Source: a virus | Length of the DNA stretch: 36,393 nt | Virus genome (UHGV): UHGV-0268593 | Reading direction: 5' to 3' (one strand) | In this document: piece by piece, positions 28,527 to 36,141 of the stretch | How the letters are laid out: each line of letters opens with the position of its first letter | How positions within the stretch are numbered: position 1 is the first letter of the stretch | The notes under the pieces: model-generated | Database searches by the model: none | What the model saw: only the letters and a program-made list of their open reading frames with translations | Told to the model about the DNA's origin: nothing | Translations under genes and position numbers: made by a program

Positions 28527-28775
28527 TCATATGACCTCCCTCCCTATTCGTTCCTTTTCCTCTTCCGGGATCTTAAGAACTTTCAGAATCTCTCTCAGCT
28601 CGCCCAGTCTGATGTCTTCCGGCACACTAAATCTTTGGTACAGTGTGCTTTTCGGGATTCCTGTCAGCTTGGAAAGCTTTTCTACGCTGACACCCTCCAT
28701 CACTTTTCCTGACTGGATGATGGCGATCAGCGTCCTGTTCTGACGCTCCCGGTCTGAGAGCTTTAATTTAGGCAT
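28527..28775 (-). CDS. Cro-like HTH regulator (XRE family)
   Basis: 82 aa with an HTH, a GAGGTGA SD, and divergent orientation to the cI-like gene. Confidence 0.6.
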   Translation of the reverse strand: MPKLKLSDRERQNRTLIAIIQSGKVMEGVSVEKLSKLTGIPKSTLYQRFSVPEDIRLGELREILKVLKIPEEEKERIGREVI

Positions 28776-28879
28776 TCTATCACCTCGCTTCTCTTGCTTT
28801 CAGCACTTCTGCACTCCCCTTTACTAAATACACGAAAAAGCTCACTTCCATAACTTCTTCTCTCAATGAAGAACTCGCA

Positions 28880-29041
28880 TCAACCAAGCCAGTCATACAA
28901 CGCGAACCCAGTGAAAGCTAATGCTACGAACAGAACCCACACAGGATATATCTTGTTGTCGGGTTCTATTTTTTTCATGACCCGTACACAAAGCCCACCA
29001 AGTACCCATACTCCCAGTGTAATTAAAAGTTTGTAGTACAT
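28880..29041 (-). CDS. Small two-helix membrane protein (53 aa)
   Basis: ATG start with a GAGGTGAGG SD and two hydrophobic stretches. It is the first gene on the Cro side. Confidence 0.4.
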   Translation of the reverse strand: MYYKLLITLGVWVLGGLCVRVMKKIEPDNKIYPVWVLFVALAFTGFALYDWLG

Positions 29042-29301
29042 CTTCCTCACCTCGCTTTCTCTTCCTTATCCATCGCTTCTCTTACTTTCAGTATCTCTGC
29101 ATTGTTCCTGCTGCCTCAAGAGCAAGGTATTAGCATCCCTTGTCAACAGAATAATGTCCGGCAAATCAATTTGTTCCAAAATTGCCACCATATTGTTAAT
29201 TTCCTGTCGTTTCTTTTTTTCAAGATCCAACATGTAACATCTCCCTTCGCTATAATATTGGTTGCGGACTGCAAATCGCCTCTTTGAAAGGAGGTGATAT
29301 A

Positions 29302-29436
29302 TTGAAAATCCATAAAATTGTAAAATCGGATAAGCTCATCCGAAAATATGAAAAGTTCGGATATAAGCTTCTGTATTTTACTTACACGGGTAATGACCTC
29401 TCCACAATGTCAGCCCATTTAGAAAAGGAACTTTAA
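29302..29436 (+). CDS. Small hypothetical protein (44 aa)
   Basis: TTG start 6-7 nt after AAAGGAGGTGA. A TATAAT sits at 29251-29256 upstream. Confidence 0.3.
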   Translation: MKIHKIVKSDKLIRKYEKFGYKLLYFTYTGNDLSTMSAHLEKEL

Positions 29437-29551
29437 TGTTCCGGGTAACTATCAACCTTTCTCCAATGCAGTCCGCTGCTTTCTTAAGCAACTGTTTGTT
29501 GCTTGTGAGATTATAATATATCACAAAATCAATATTGTCAATCTCTTTTTC

Positions 29552-29589
29552 ATTGTTTATGAGATATTTTATTGTTTATGAGATATTTT
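29552..29589. repeat. Perfect 19-bp tandem direct repeat (attgtttatgagatatttt x2) abutting the cI promoter
   Basis: Exact copies at 29552-29570 and 29571-29589. This is operator-like. Confidence 0.6.
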
Positions 29590-29592
29590 GTA

Positions 29593-29621
29593 TTGACGAA
29601 AAATGTAACGCTGTGTATAAT
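29593..29621 (+). promoter_or_regulatory. Sigma-A type promoter for the cI-like gene
   Basis: TTGACG at 29593-29598, a 17-nt spacer, and TATAAT at 29616-29621. Confidence 0.6.
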
Positions 29622-29649
29622 GTAAATCAAGAAAGGCGGTGAGCATTTT

Positions 29650-30036
29650 TTGAAAGATCGTTTAAAAAAATTACGCAAAGAATTAGATTTAACACAACAA
29701 GCTTTTGCAGATAAAATAGGAATGAAGCAAAACACAATTGCTCAATATGAAATGGGTAGAACAACCCCTAGTGACGCAATTATATTTTCTATATGTAGAG
29801 AATTTGGAGTTAATGAGAAGTGGTTAAGATCTGGTGAAGGCGAAATGTTTGAGGAATTGACTAATCAGCAGAAAATTCTGAAATACACAGCATTACTGCT
29901 CAAAGATAAAGATTCGGCTGTAGCAGACGCTATTCAAACATTAATTGTTACTTATGAGCAACTGGATGATACAAGTAAAGCAGTATTGGAAAAGATTGCT
30001 AAGCAATATATTGATAACTTAAAAAAGAGCCAGTAA
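29650..30036 (+). CDS. cI-like repressor (XRE HTH)
   Basis: 128 aa with an N-terminal HTH (LTQQAFADKIGMKQNTIAQYE). The TTG start follows a GGCGGTGAG SD. No S24 peptidase domain is present. Confidence 0.7.
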   Translation: MKDRLKKLRKELDLTQQAFADKIGMKQNTIAQYEMGRTTPSDAIIFSICREFGVNEKWLRSGEGEMFEELTNQQKILKYTALLLKDKDSAVADAIQTLIVTYEQLDDTSKAVLEKIAKQYIDNLKKSQ

Positions 30037-30053
30037 GCACTGACTCTCCATGA

Positions 30054-30176
30054 CTACTTCTCAATGTAACTTCGGATAAATACAAGTACTTCTCGTATTT
30101 TTTCCGGAGATTGTTTTCGAAGCAATTCAACAATGAAGTCGATATCTTGTTGTTTTGTACAATTATCTTTTTCCAT
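30054..30176 (-). CDS. Small ORF (40 aa) antisense to the lysogeny module
   Basis: ATG 8 nt after AACGGAGGT, co-directional with the 65-aa HTH gene. Confidence 0.35.
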   Translation of the reverse strand: MEKDNCTKQQDIDFIVELLRKQSPEKIREVLVFIRSYIEK

Positions 30177-30346
30177 ATGTATGACCTCCGTTCTCGTGCA
30201 GAACGCTTGTTCGAAATTCCTTAATCAGATAATACTACATTTCCTGTGGTAAATCAATAGGAAAATCGAACGCACGTTCCGTTTGTTTGTATCTACATTA
30301 ATAGAACAATCGAGAACGGAAATACATACGGCATTTTAATCAATCG

Positions 30347-30360
30347 TCCGGTATACCGGA
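30347..30360. promoter_or_regulatory. Perfect 14-bp palindrome TCCGGTATACCGGA
   Basis: It lies 4 nt from the stop of the 65-aa HTH gene. Confidence 0.35.
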
Positions 30361-30363
30361 CAC

Positions 30364-30561
30364 TTATTCCGAATCAGGATCAAAAAGGTCTGTGATATCA
30401 CATTTCAGACCCGCAGCAAGCTTTCCGAGCGTCCTGATTCGTGGATTGGAGTCTTCACGCATACATTCCTGTATGGTAGAACGTGGAACTCCCGACATTA
30501 GGGAAAGCTGACGTACAGATAGATTTTTTTCATACATAATTTTTGCTAATACTATTTTCAT
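30364..30561 (-). CDS. Small XRE-family HTH regulator
   Basis: 65 aa (LSVRQLSLMSGVPRSTIQECMRE), divergent from the DUF4041 gene. Confidence 0.65.
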   Translation of the reverse strand: MKIVLAKIMYEKNLSVRQLSLMSGVPRSTIQECMREDSNPRIRTLGKLAAGLKCDITDLFDPDSE

Positions 30562-30604
30562 GGAAATAGTATGCTAATTTTACGAATAAATTATTCATGG
30601 AAAT
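30549..30604. promoter_or_regulatory. Operator-like repeats in the divergent HTH/DUF4041 intergenic region
   Basis: A palindrome ATACTATTT-tcatgg-AAATAGTAT (30549-30572) is centred on the HTH start codon. TTCATGGAAAT occurs at 30557-30567 and again at 30594-30604. Confidence 0.4.
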
Positions 30605-30692
30605 TCCTAAATATAACCCCTCGTGGGATTATATAAATGAATAAGTGGTGTTATTCATAAAGAACGGTTCTTATTAACAAAGGAGAAAACAA

Positions 30693-32285
30693 ATGGGTAT
30701 AGGGGATATTTTTAAAATCAAGCAATTCAAAGAACGGATTGCCAGTCTTGAAACGGAGAATCAAACGCTTTCACAAAATAATGCCGACTTACAGGCAGCT
30801 ACTACTGAATTAAGAGGAAAGCTTTCTGAAATTGGTGGATTTGACTACTATAAAGTAAAATCCATGACCGAACAGATGGAAAAAGAGTACGCTGTCAAAC
30901 AAAGAGATCTGAGTATAGAGTATGATGTAAAAGTAGATACTCTGAAAAAGGAATACGAAAGAAAGCAGGCAGAAGCAGAAAAAGGCTTACGAGAGCAACT
31001 TGTCCAGCTTGAAAGAATGATTTCTGACCGCACAGACAAATCGCAGTCATTACAGGAAAAAATTGCTGAAGAAATGCTTCAGGAAAGTAAACTTGCTAAA
31101 CAGATCAAGACCCAAACCAATAAACTCGGACGATCAAAAGAGTTGGTAAAAGCAATCAATTACAGTTTGGACAATTTCTTTAATTATGATCCTGCAATCA
31201 GTTCTTTAAAATTTAGCGAAAAAGATTTAACCGATTTGGAGGAAATCAGTCCTTCCGTTATCCTAAAACTCCATTGCATGGATGTAAAAGATCTCCGCAA
31301 AGCCTACCGTCAAAATGATAAGCAAATCAATGATCTTTTAGCAAAATATTCTGCCCGGTATACTACTAAAGCGAATCAGGCAATTTATAAACTTATGGTC
31401 ATTGCTCTTAGAGCAGAACTTCAAAATATCCTGTATAACCTTAAATTTGAAAAGCTTGAAAAATCTATTGATGATATCAAAGATGTAACTCATAAATATC
31501 TTGAGATTGCAGGAAATGGAAATCAGAGCATCGCAGGAACTCTTACCAAATTTATTGGAGAAATAGAGTATTTGTTTATTAATGCAGCAAAGATTGAATA
31601 TAATTACTACGTTAAAAAAGAACAGGCTCGTCAGGAACAACTTGCTATCCGTGAGCAAATGAGACAGGAAGCCGAGGAACGTAAAGCACTGGAAGCTGAA
31701 CGTAAAAAAATAGAACAGGAAGAATCAAAATACAATTCCGAAATTGAAAAGCTGAGAACCCAACTCACCAGTGCTAAAGACGAGGAGGTTGAAAAATTAA
31801 ACGCAAGAATCCTTGCACTACAGGCTCAACTTGCTGACGTTGCTATAAAGAAAGACGAAATTTCTACTCTTGCCAATGGAAAAGCTGGTAACGTGTACGT
31901 TATCAGTAATCTTGGATCTTTTGGCGAAAATGTATTTAAGATTGGAATGACCCGAAGACTCAATCCACAGGATCGAGTAGATGAACTTGGTAATGCATCT
32001 GTTCCATTCCGTTTTGACGTACATAGCTTTATTTTTTCTGATGATGCAGTTGGTCTTGAAAACAAACTCCATACTATCCTGACTGACAAACGTGTAAATA
32101 AAGTAAATATGAGAAAAGAATTTTTCAATGTATCACTTGATGAACTGGAACAACTTGTTACAGAAATAGAACCTACAGCAGAGTTCAACAGGACTATGGC
32201 TGCTGAAGAGTTCAGACAATCACAATCAACAGACAGCATTTATTCGTCCGATTATACTTATAGTGATGATGAAGACGATGAATAA
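30693..32285 (+). CDS. DUF4041 coiled-coil protein with a C-terminal T5orf172 (GIY-YIG-like) domain
   Basis: 530 aa with a long coiled-coil N-terminus. The C-terminus carries VYVISN..FKIGMTRR..ASVPF.FDVH..IF.DDA...RVNKVN.RKEFF. AGGAGA SD. The gene is AT-rich relative to its flanks. Confidence 0.8.
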   Translation: MGIGDIFKIKQFKERIASLETENQTLSQNNADLQAATTELRGKLSEIGGFDYYKVKSMTEQMEKEYAVKQRDLSIEYDVKVDTLKKEYERKQAEAEKGLREQLVQLERMISDRTDKSQSLQEKIAEEMLQESKLAKQIKTQTNKLGRSKELVKAINYSLDNFFNYDPAISSLKFSEKDLTDLEEISPSVILKLHCMDVKDLRKAYRQNDKQINDLLAKYSARYTTKANQAIYKLMVIALRAELQNILYNLKFEKLEKSIDDIKDVTHKYLEIAGNGNQSIAGTLTKFIGEIEYLFINAAKIEYNYYVKKEQARQEQLAIREQMRQEAEERKALEAERKKIEQEESKYNSEIEKLRTQLTSAKDEEVEKLNARILALQAQLADVAIKKDEISTLANGKAGNVYVISNLGSFGENVFKIGMTRRLNPQDRVDELGNASVPFRFDVHSFIFSDDAVGLENKLHTILTDKRVNKVNMRKEFFNVSLDELEQLVTEIEPTAEFNRTMAAEEFRQSQSTDSIYSSDYTYSDDEDDE

Positions 32286-32465
32286 TTAAAAAACCGCCCC
32301 TTCGCCAAAAGGAGCGGCACTGGAAGCACACGCCAATGTGCTTATCGAATACCTCCGAAGAGATACACTTCAAATCCAATGAATATTGTATCATCTTCGG
32401 ACAGCCACTGCAAGTGGAACACACGTTCCTCGCTGGCTGTTATTTTTATACTAGGAGATGATAAT

Positions 32466-33581
32466 ATGGCTACAGCTAAAAAGTTACCTTCAGGATCTTG
32501 GAGGTGCTTAGTTTTTTCGCACTATGAAAACCTGTTCAATGAGGACGGAAGTCCTATGATTGACGAGAAGACCGGAAAGCAGAAGCGGAAAAGGATTTAT
32601 GAATCGTTTACCAGTGACTTACAGGGAAGACGTGGAAAGCGGGATGCAGAAGCTCAGGCGGCTCAGTTCCTTGCAGAGAAAGACCGGAAAAAACGCCCTG
32701 AGAACTGGACAGTGAAGGAAGCTTTTGAAAATTACATAAAGTTAAAGGATCATGTGCTGTCCGAGACTACTCTCCGTGGTTATGAGACGATCACCCGGAA
32801 TCAGATCGGACAGATAGCAGATATCAGCCTCCGCAAGCTCTCGCAGGAAGACGTACAGAGCTGGATCAACATTCTGTCGGTAAAGTTATCGCCTAAGACC
32901 GTAAAGAACGCTTACGGGCTGTTTACAGCGGTCATGCGGATGTATCTGCCGGATATGCACTTCCATACCACTCTACCATCTGCAAAGACCTATGAGGGGT
33001 ATGTGCCATCCGATCAGGACATCACGGATCTGATCTGCTATATCCGGGGAACTGAACTGGAAAAAGCAGTGCTTCTCGCAGCGTTTGGAAGTCTCAGGCG
33101 TGGAGAAGTCTTCGGGCTGACGAAAGAGGATATCAAGGGGAACTCCATACGGATCAGAGAGACGAAAGTCCGGGGACGTAGTGGGATCATCAAAAAAGGT
33201 CCTAAGACACAGAGCAGCTACCGATACATTATCATGCCGGAATTTGTGATCCGAAAATTTGACGATATCGAAAGCGGTCCGCTTGTCAGGATGCACCCGG
33301 AAGATCTCTCTAAAAACTTTAAAAAAGTGCTTCGTTCTGCTGGGATTCCTGAATTTCGATACCATGATCTCAGACATTATACTGCATCCATTATGCACGC
33401 CCTGAACATTCCGGATCAGTACATCATGAAGCGTGGTGGATGGAAGTCTGACAGAGTCCTGAAAAGGGTATACCGTGGCACGATTGCACCGGAAGAAGAG
33501 AGATTTACAGACCGAATCAACGAGCATTTTACGGAAATGATGCAACACGCCATGCAACACGATAAGCGAAAAGCCTTATAA
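32466..33581 (+). CDS. int: Tyrosine integrase
   Basis: Contains RYHDLRHY, the catalytic R..H..R..Y context. ATG at 32466 follows an AGGAGA SD. The track also shows an in-frame upstream ATG at 32379 without an SD. Confidence 0.9.
   Translation: MATAKKLPSGSWRCLVFSHYENLFNEDGSPMIDEKTGKQKRKRIYESFTSDLQGRRGKRDAEAQAAQFLAEKDRKKRPENWTVKEAFENYIKLKDHVLSETTLRGYETITRNQIGQIADISLRKLSQEDVQSWINILSVKLSPKTVKNAYGLFTAVMRMYLPDMHFHTTLPSAKTYEGYVPSDQDITDLICYIRGTELEKAVLLAAFGSLRRGEVFGLTKEDIKGNSIRIRETKVRGRSGIIKKGPKTQSSYRYIIMPEFVIRKFDDIESGPLVRMHPEDLSKNFKKVLRSAGIPEFRYHDLRHYTASIMHALNIPDQYIMKRGGWKSDRVLKRVYRGTIAPEEERFTDRINEHFTEMMQHAMQHDKRKAL
33540..33563 (+). repeat. Two tandem ATGCAACACG arm-type-like repeats in the integrase 3' end (candidate P-arm sites)
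   Basis: ATGCAACACG at 33540 and at 33552. They encode MQHA and MQHD. Confidence 0.45.
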
Positions 33582-33607
33582 ATACAGCATTTTCCTGTAG
33601 GTTTTCT

Positions 33608-33631
33608 GGGTTCGATTCCCGCCAGGTCCAC
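33608..33631 (+). other. attP-like core that copies the 3' end of a tRNA/tmRNA gene
   Basis: GGGTTCGATTCCCGCCAGGTCCAC holds a T-loop, the T-stem 3' half, and a 7-nt acceptor 3' strand plus discriminator. No D-arm or anticodon arm lies upstream. Confidence 0.55.
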
Positions 33632-33660
33632 TTTTTCAAAAAGTGCGTAATTTCAAGGAT

Positions 33661-33704
33661 AGCGGAGAAAGCCTTTAAAATAAGGGTTCTCCGCTTTTTC
33701 TTTT
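33661..33704 (+). terminator. Rho-independent terminator downstream of int and the att core
   Basis: Stem agcggagaa / ttctccgct (9 bp), followed by tttttctttt. Confidence 0.65.
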
Positions 33705-33754
33705 ACTGAAATGATTCTATTATTTCGGACTTTTTAAGCGTATTTTACAATCTT

Positions 33755-33790
33755 ATGCAACACGAAATACGCAAAAATGCAACACGAAAA
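33755..33790 (+). repeat. Two further ATGCAACACGAAA repeats (candidate P'-arm sites)
   Basis: ATGCAACACGAAATA at 33755 and ATGCAACACGAAAAC at 33777, in the same orientation as the copies inside int. Confidence 0.45.
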
Positions 33791-33809
33791 CAGATGATAC
33801 AATATTCAG

Positions 33810-33831
33810 CCCCGGAGTTACTGCTCCGGGG
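33810..33831 (-). terminator. GC-rich hairpin just after the endolysin stop
   Basis: CCCCGGAG-ttactg-CTCCGGGG, with a weak U-tract. Confidence 0.35.
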
Positions 33832-33836
33832 TGGTC

Positions 33837-34865
33837 TTATTTCACTCTCAGTTTCTGACCAACATAAATCTTATTCGGATTTTTGATGCCGTTCAGCGTT
33901 GCAATCTTCTGATAGGTTGTACCGTATTTTGCTGCGATCTTTGACAGGGTATCACCTGATTTCACCGTATAGTACACAGCAGACGATCCTGAGCCACTTC
34001 CGTTGATTACTTTCTGCACTTCTGCATACCGTTTTCCGAGTACCGTCTTTCTTGTATCTCCATTTCCATATTTTCCTGCCTTTGTTTCCGATGCAAGCGT
34101 GGATGCTGATGCAGTAGCGATATGGTTAATAAAGGTCTGCACCTCGGAGTAACGACTGCCAAGTTTCGTCTTACGTGTATCGCCATCACCATACTTGCCT
34201 GACAGCGTATCTACCACAAGCTGCAATGTTGTTCCAATCGGCACGACTGCACTGGGACTGGATGCAGGCTGTGATGGCTTGCTGATCCCTGTGATTTCTG
34301 CCGGAAAATCACGATAGCAATAATTAACATCTACCCGTCCACTAATGCCCGGAACACTTCCATCGGAGCTGTACTGCCACATATCAGCTTTCATCCCAAG
34401 TGTACTGTTATAGCGTGCAATCCACAGTGGATATCTTGTCCCCAGCGAACTTAAGTAATTATCCCACCAGGATTTATTACAATACACTCCACACTTATAT
34501 CCTGCTGCTTCGATCAGTGCAGCAAATTTCTTCATACGGTCAACCGCACCTGTCTGTGTTCCTGATTCTTCCAGGTCATAAAATACCGGATACGACAGTT
34601 TATATCCTTTCACCAGTCTCAGCACATGTCTTGCCTCTGACTCTGCCTGTGCAGTTGTCTTTGCATACGAATAAATATAAACACCAAACGGAATCCCCAG
34701 TCTGGTACATTCATTTGCATTTCTCTTCCACTGCTTATCATCCTGGGAAGTCAGATCATCCCCGTAACCACACCGAATGATCGCATGATATCCTGCTGCC
34801 TTAACTTTCTCCCAGTTAATAGTTCCCTGATGATACGATATGTCTACTACATTAATTGTTGCCAT
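33837..34865 (-). CDS. Endolysin: GH25 muramidase with two CW_7-like repeats and a C-terminal LysM
   Basis: The N-terminus has the GH25 pattern ([12 protein letters not shown]...G). Two GKYG(N/D)GDTRKT.LG.RY.EVQ repeats and a LysM ([17 protein letters not shown]) follow. Confidence 0.85.
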   Translation of the reverse strand: MATINVVDISYHQGTINWEKVKAAGYHAIIRCGYGDDLTSQDDKQWKRNANECTRLGIPFGVYIYSYAKTTAQAESEARHVLRLVKGYKLSYPVFYDLEESGTQTGAVDRMKKFAALIEAAGYKCGVYCNKSWWDNYLSSLGTRYPLWIARYNSTLGMKADMWQYSSDGSVPGISGRVDVNYCYRDFPAEITGISKPSQPASSPSAVVPIGTTLQLVVDTLSGKYGDGDTRKTKLGSRYSEVQTFINHIATASASTLASETKAGKYGNGDTRKTVLGKRYAEVQKVINGSGSGSSAVYYTVKSGDTLSKIAAKYGTTYQKIATLNGIKNPNKIYVGQKLRVK

Positions 34866-34867
34866 AA

Positions 34868-35290
34868 TTATTCTTCCTCCTTATCTGAATCTCTCAACTG
34901 TAAAAGTACATCTTTCAGCCGTTCCGGGATTGGAACAAATACAGCTGCATTTTCCAAAAGACTCAACGCTTCGTTGCAAATGTAAAATGTAATAACCACT
35001 TCCCGGAGTGGAATCGTGCCACCGATCAGCATCTGAATTAAGTAAGCCACAGCGATCACAATAAACATCACGATCTTTTTCAGCAATCCACGAAATCCCG
35101 TTTCTGATGAGAGCTGTTTCAGGTAAATCCCTTTCAGGACTCCCGTAACATAATCCAGCACTGCAAGACACACGATCGTCTTAAGCAGTACATCCCATCC
35201 TCCTAAAAAGTACGCAAGGATTCCACCTAAGAATCCAAACACAATGCTGATTTCATTAAATAACTTGTCCATCTTTTTCATATTCCTCAC
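34868..35290 (-). CDS. Holin (phage_holin_4_1-like)
   Basis: 140 aa with multiple TM helices and a charged C-terminus, placed immediately upstream of the endolysin. Confidence 0.75.
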   Translation of the reverse strand: MRNMKKMDKLFNEISIVFGFLGGILAYFLGGWDVLLKTIVCLAVLDYVTGVLKGIYLKQLSSETGFRGLLKKIVMFIVIAVAYLIQMLIGGTIPLREVVITFYICNEALSLLENAAVFVPIPERLKDVLLQLRDSDKEEE

Positions 35291-35297
35291 TTTCCTT

Positions 35298-35552
35298 TCA
35301 TCCTATTGCGAACACCGGGCGAATCCCGTAAGTGCTTGTAGCTGCATCTGTACTGGCATCTCCGTATTGCGATATCAGGGTGTATGTCTGCGATCCTGCC
35401 ACATTTCTTAACCAATAGTTTACACCGATAGTCTTCAATTCAGGAGCAAGCCGGAACAGTGCTAACTGCTGTGTCTCGTCCACCTTGTCAAGAATCTGCT
35501 GCCATACTGTCGGCTCAAGATAGAGCCGCTGATTTACTACTTTGATTTTCAT
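35298..35552 (-). CDS. Hypothetical late protein
   Basis: 84-aa ORF coupled to the upstream gene through ATGA. Confidence 0.4.
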   Translation of the reverse strand: MKIKVVNQRLYLEPTVWQQILDKVDETQQLALFRLAPELKTIGVNYWLRNVAGSQTYTLISQYGDASTDAATSTYGIRPVFAIG

Positions 35553-35752
35553 GCTTTTTCCTCATCCTCTTTTACAAGTTCTGCCATACCGGAATCCTCC
35601 AGAATCTCTTTTACCTTGTCCTTCAAGAGCCGTGGGACCTGTCCATATGTTTTCTTTCCTAAGATAATCTGCTGTGCCCATAACATTGCCATCATTTCTT
35701 TTCCTTCCTTTCCTATGATATATATGAATATATTGGTTAATAGAGTTACCAT
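35549..35752 (-). CDS. XkdX-like small phage protein
   Basis: 67 aa with the W.QQIILGKKTY.QVP..LK..VKEIL pattern typical of XkdX. Confidence 0.5.
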   Translation of the reverse strand: MVTLLTNIFIYIIGKEGKEMMAMLWAQQIILGKKTYGQVPRLLKDKVKEILEDSGMAELVKEDEEKA

Positions 35753-35753
35753 T

Positions 35754-36125
35754 TTACTGATACACCTGTTCAGACATCTCCAAGATGCATCCTTTCAACA
35801 TCTCCACCTGTTCTTTTAAATCTGCATTCTCCCGGATCAGTGCGTCCATCTTTTCTGCCACTGTTTCACCCGGCCTCGACAGAATAATGCCTATAATACC
35901 GGCTGTGTACTTGGTGATTCCCTCAAGAGTGGTATACCCCTCGTACTCTCCGACCGTCTGGCTACGTTCTGATATAACCATCTTCCGGGTCTTCAGCTCG
36001 TCCCCGAACATTCCCCGCAGATCCTCTTCCGTTGCTGATACTGTCTTGATCAGCAGTGTCCCATCCCCCTGGATGGATGCTGACTGGATCTGCAGATCTG
36101 TGCCATCGTTGTATATAAGTTTCAT
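35754..36125 (-). CDS. Hypothetical late protein (XkdW-like position)
   Basis: 123-aa ORF between the tail fiber-like gene and the XkdX-like gene. Confidence 0.4.
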   Translation of the reverse strand: MKLIYNDGTDLQIQSASIQGDGTLLIKTVSATEEDLRGMFGDELKTRKMVISERSQTVGEYEGYTTLEGITKYTAGIIGIILSRPGETVAEKMDALIRENADLKEQVEMLKGCILEMSEQVYQ

Positions 36126-36141
36126 TTACACTTTTTCCTCC

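Noticed and set aside
29552-29589. Possible CRISPR array
   Set aside because: There are only two abutting 19-bp copies with no spacers, which fits operator-like repeats and is not CRISPR.
32294-32317. Terminator after the DUF4041 gene
   Set aside because: An imperfect 9-bp stem is present but no downstream U-tract. An A-tract precedes it instead, so it is a doubtful intrinsic terminator.
32973-33631. 195-aa and 71-aa minus-strand ORFs inside and after the integrase
   Set aside because: The 195-aa ORF is antisense to the integrase, which has conserved catalytic motifs. The 71-aa ORF spans the att core and terminator.
33560-33640. Possible complete tRNA gene at the att site
   Set aside because: Only the T-arm and acceptor 3' half are present. 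The upstream sequence is integrase coding sequence and has no D-arm or anticodon arm.
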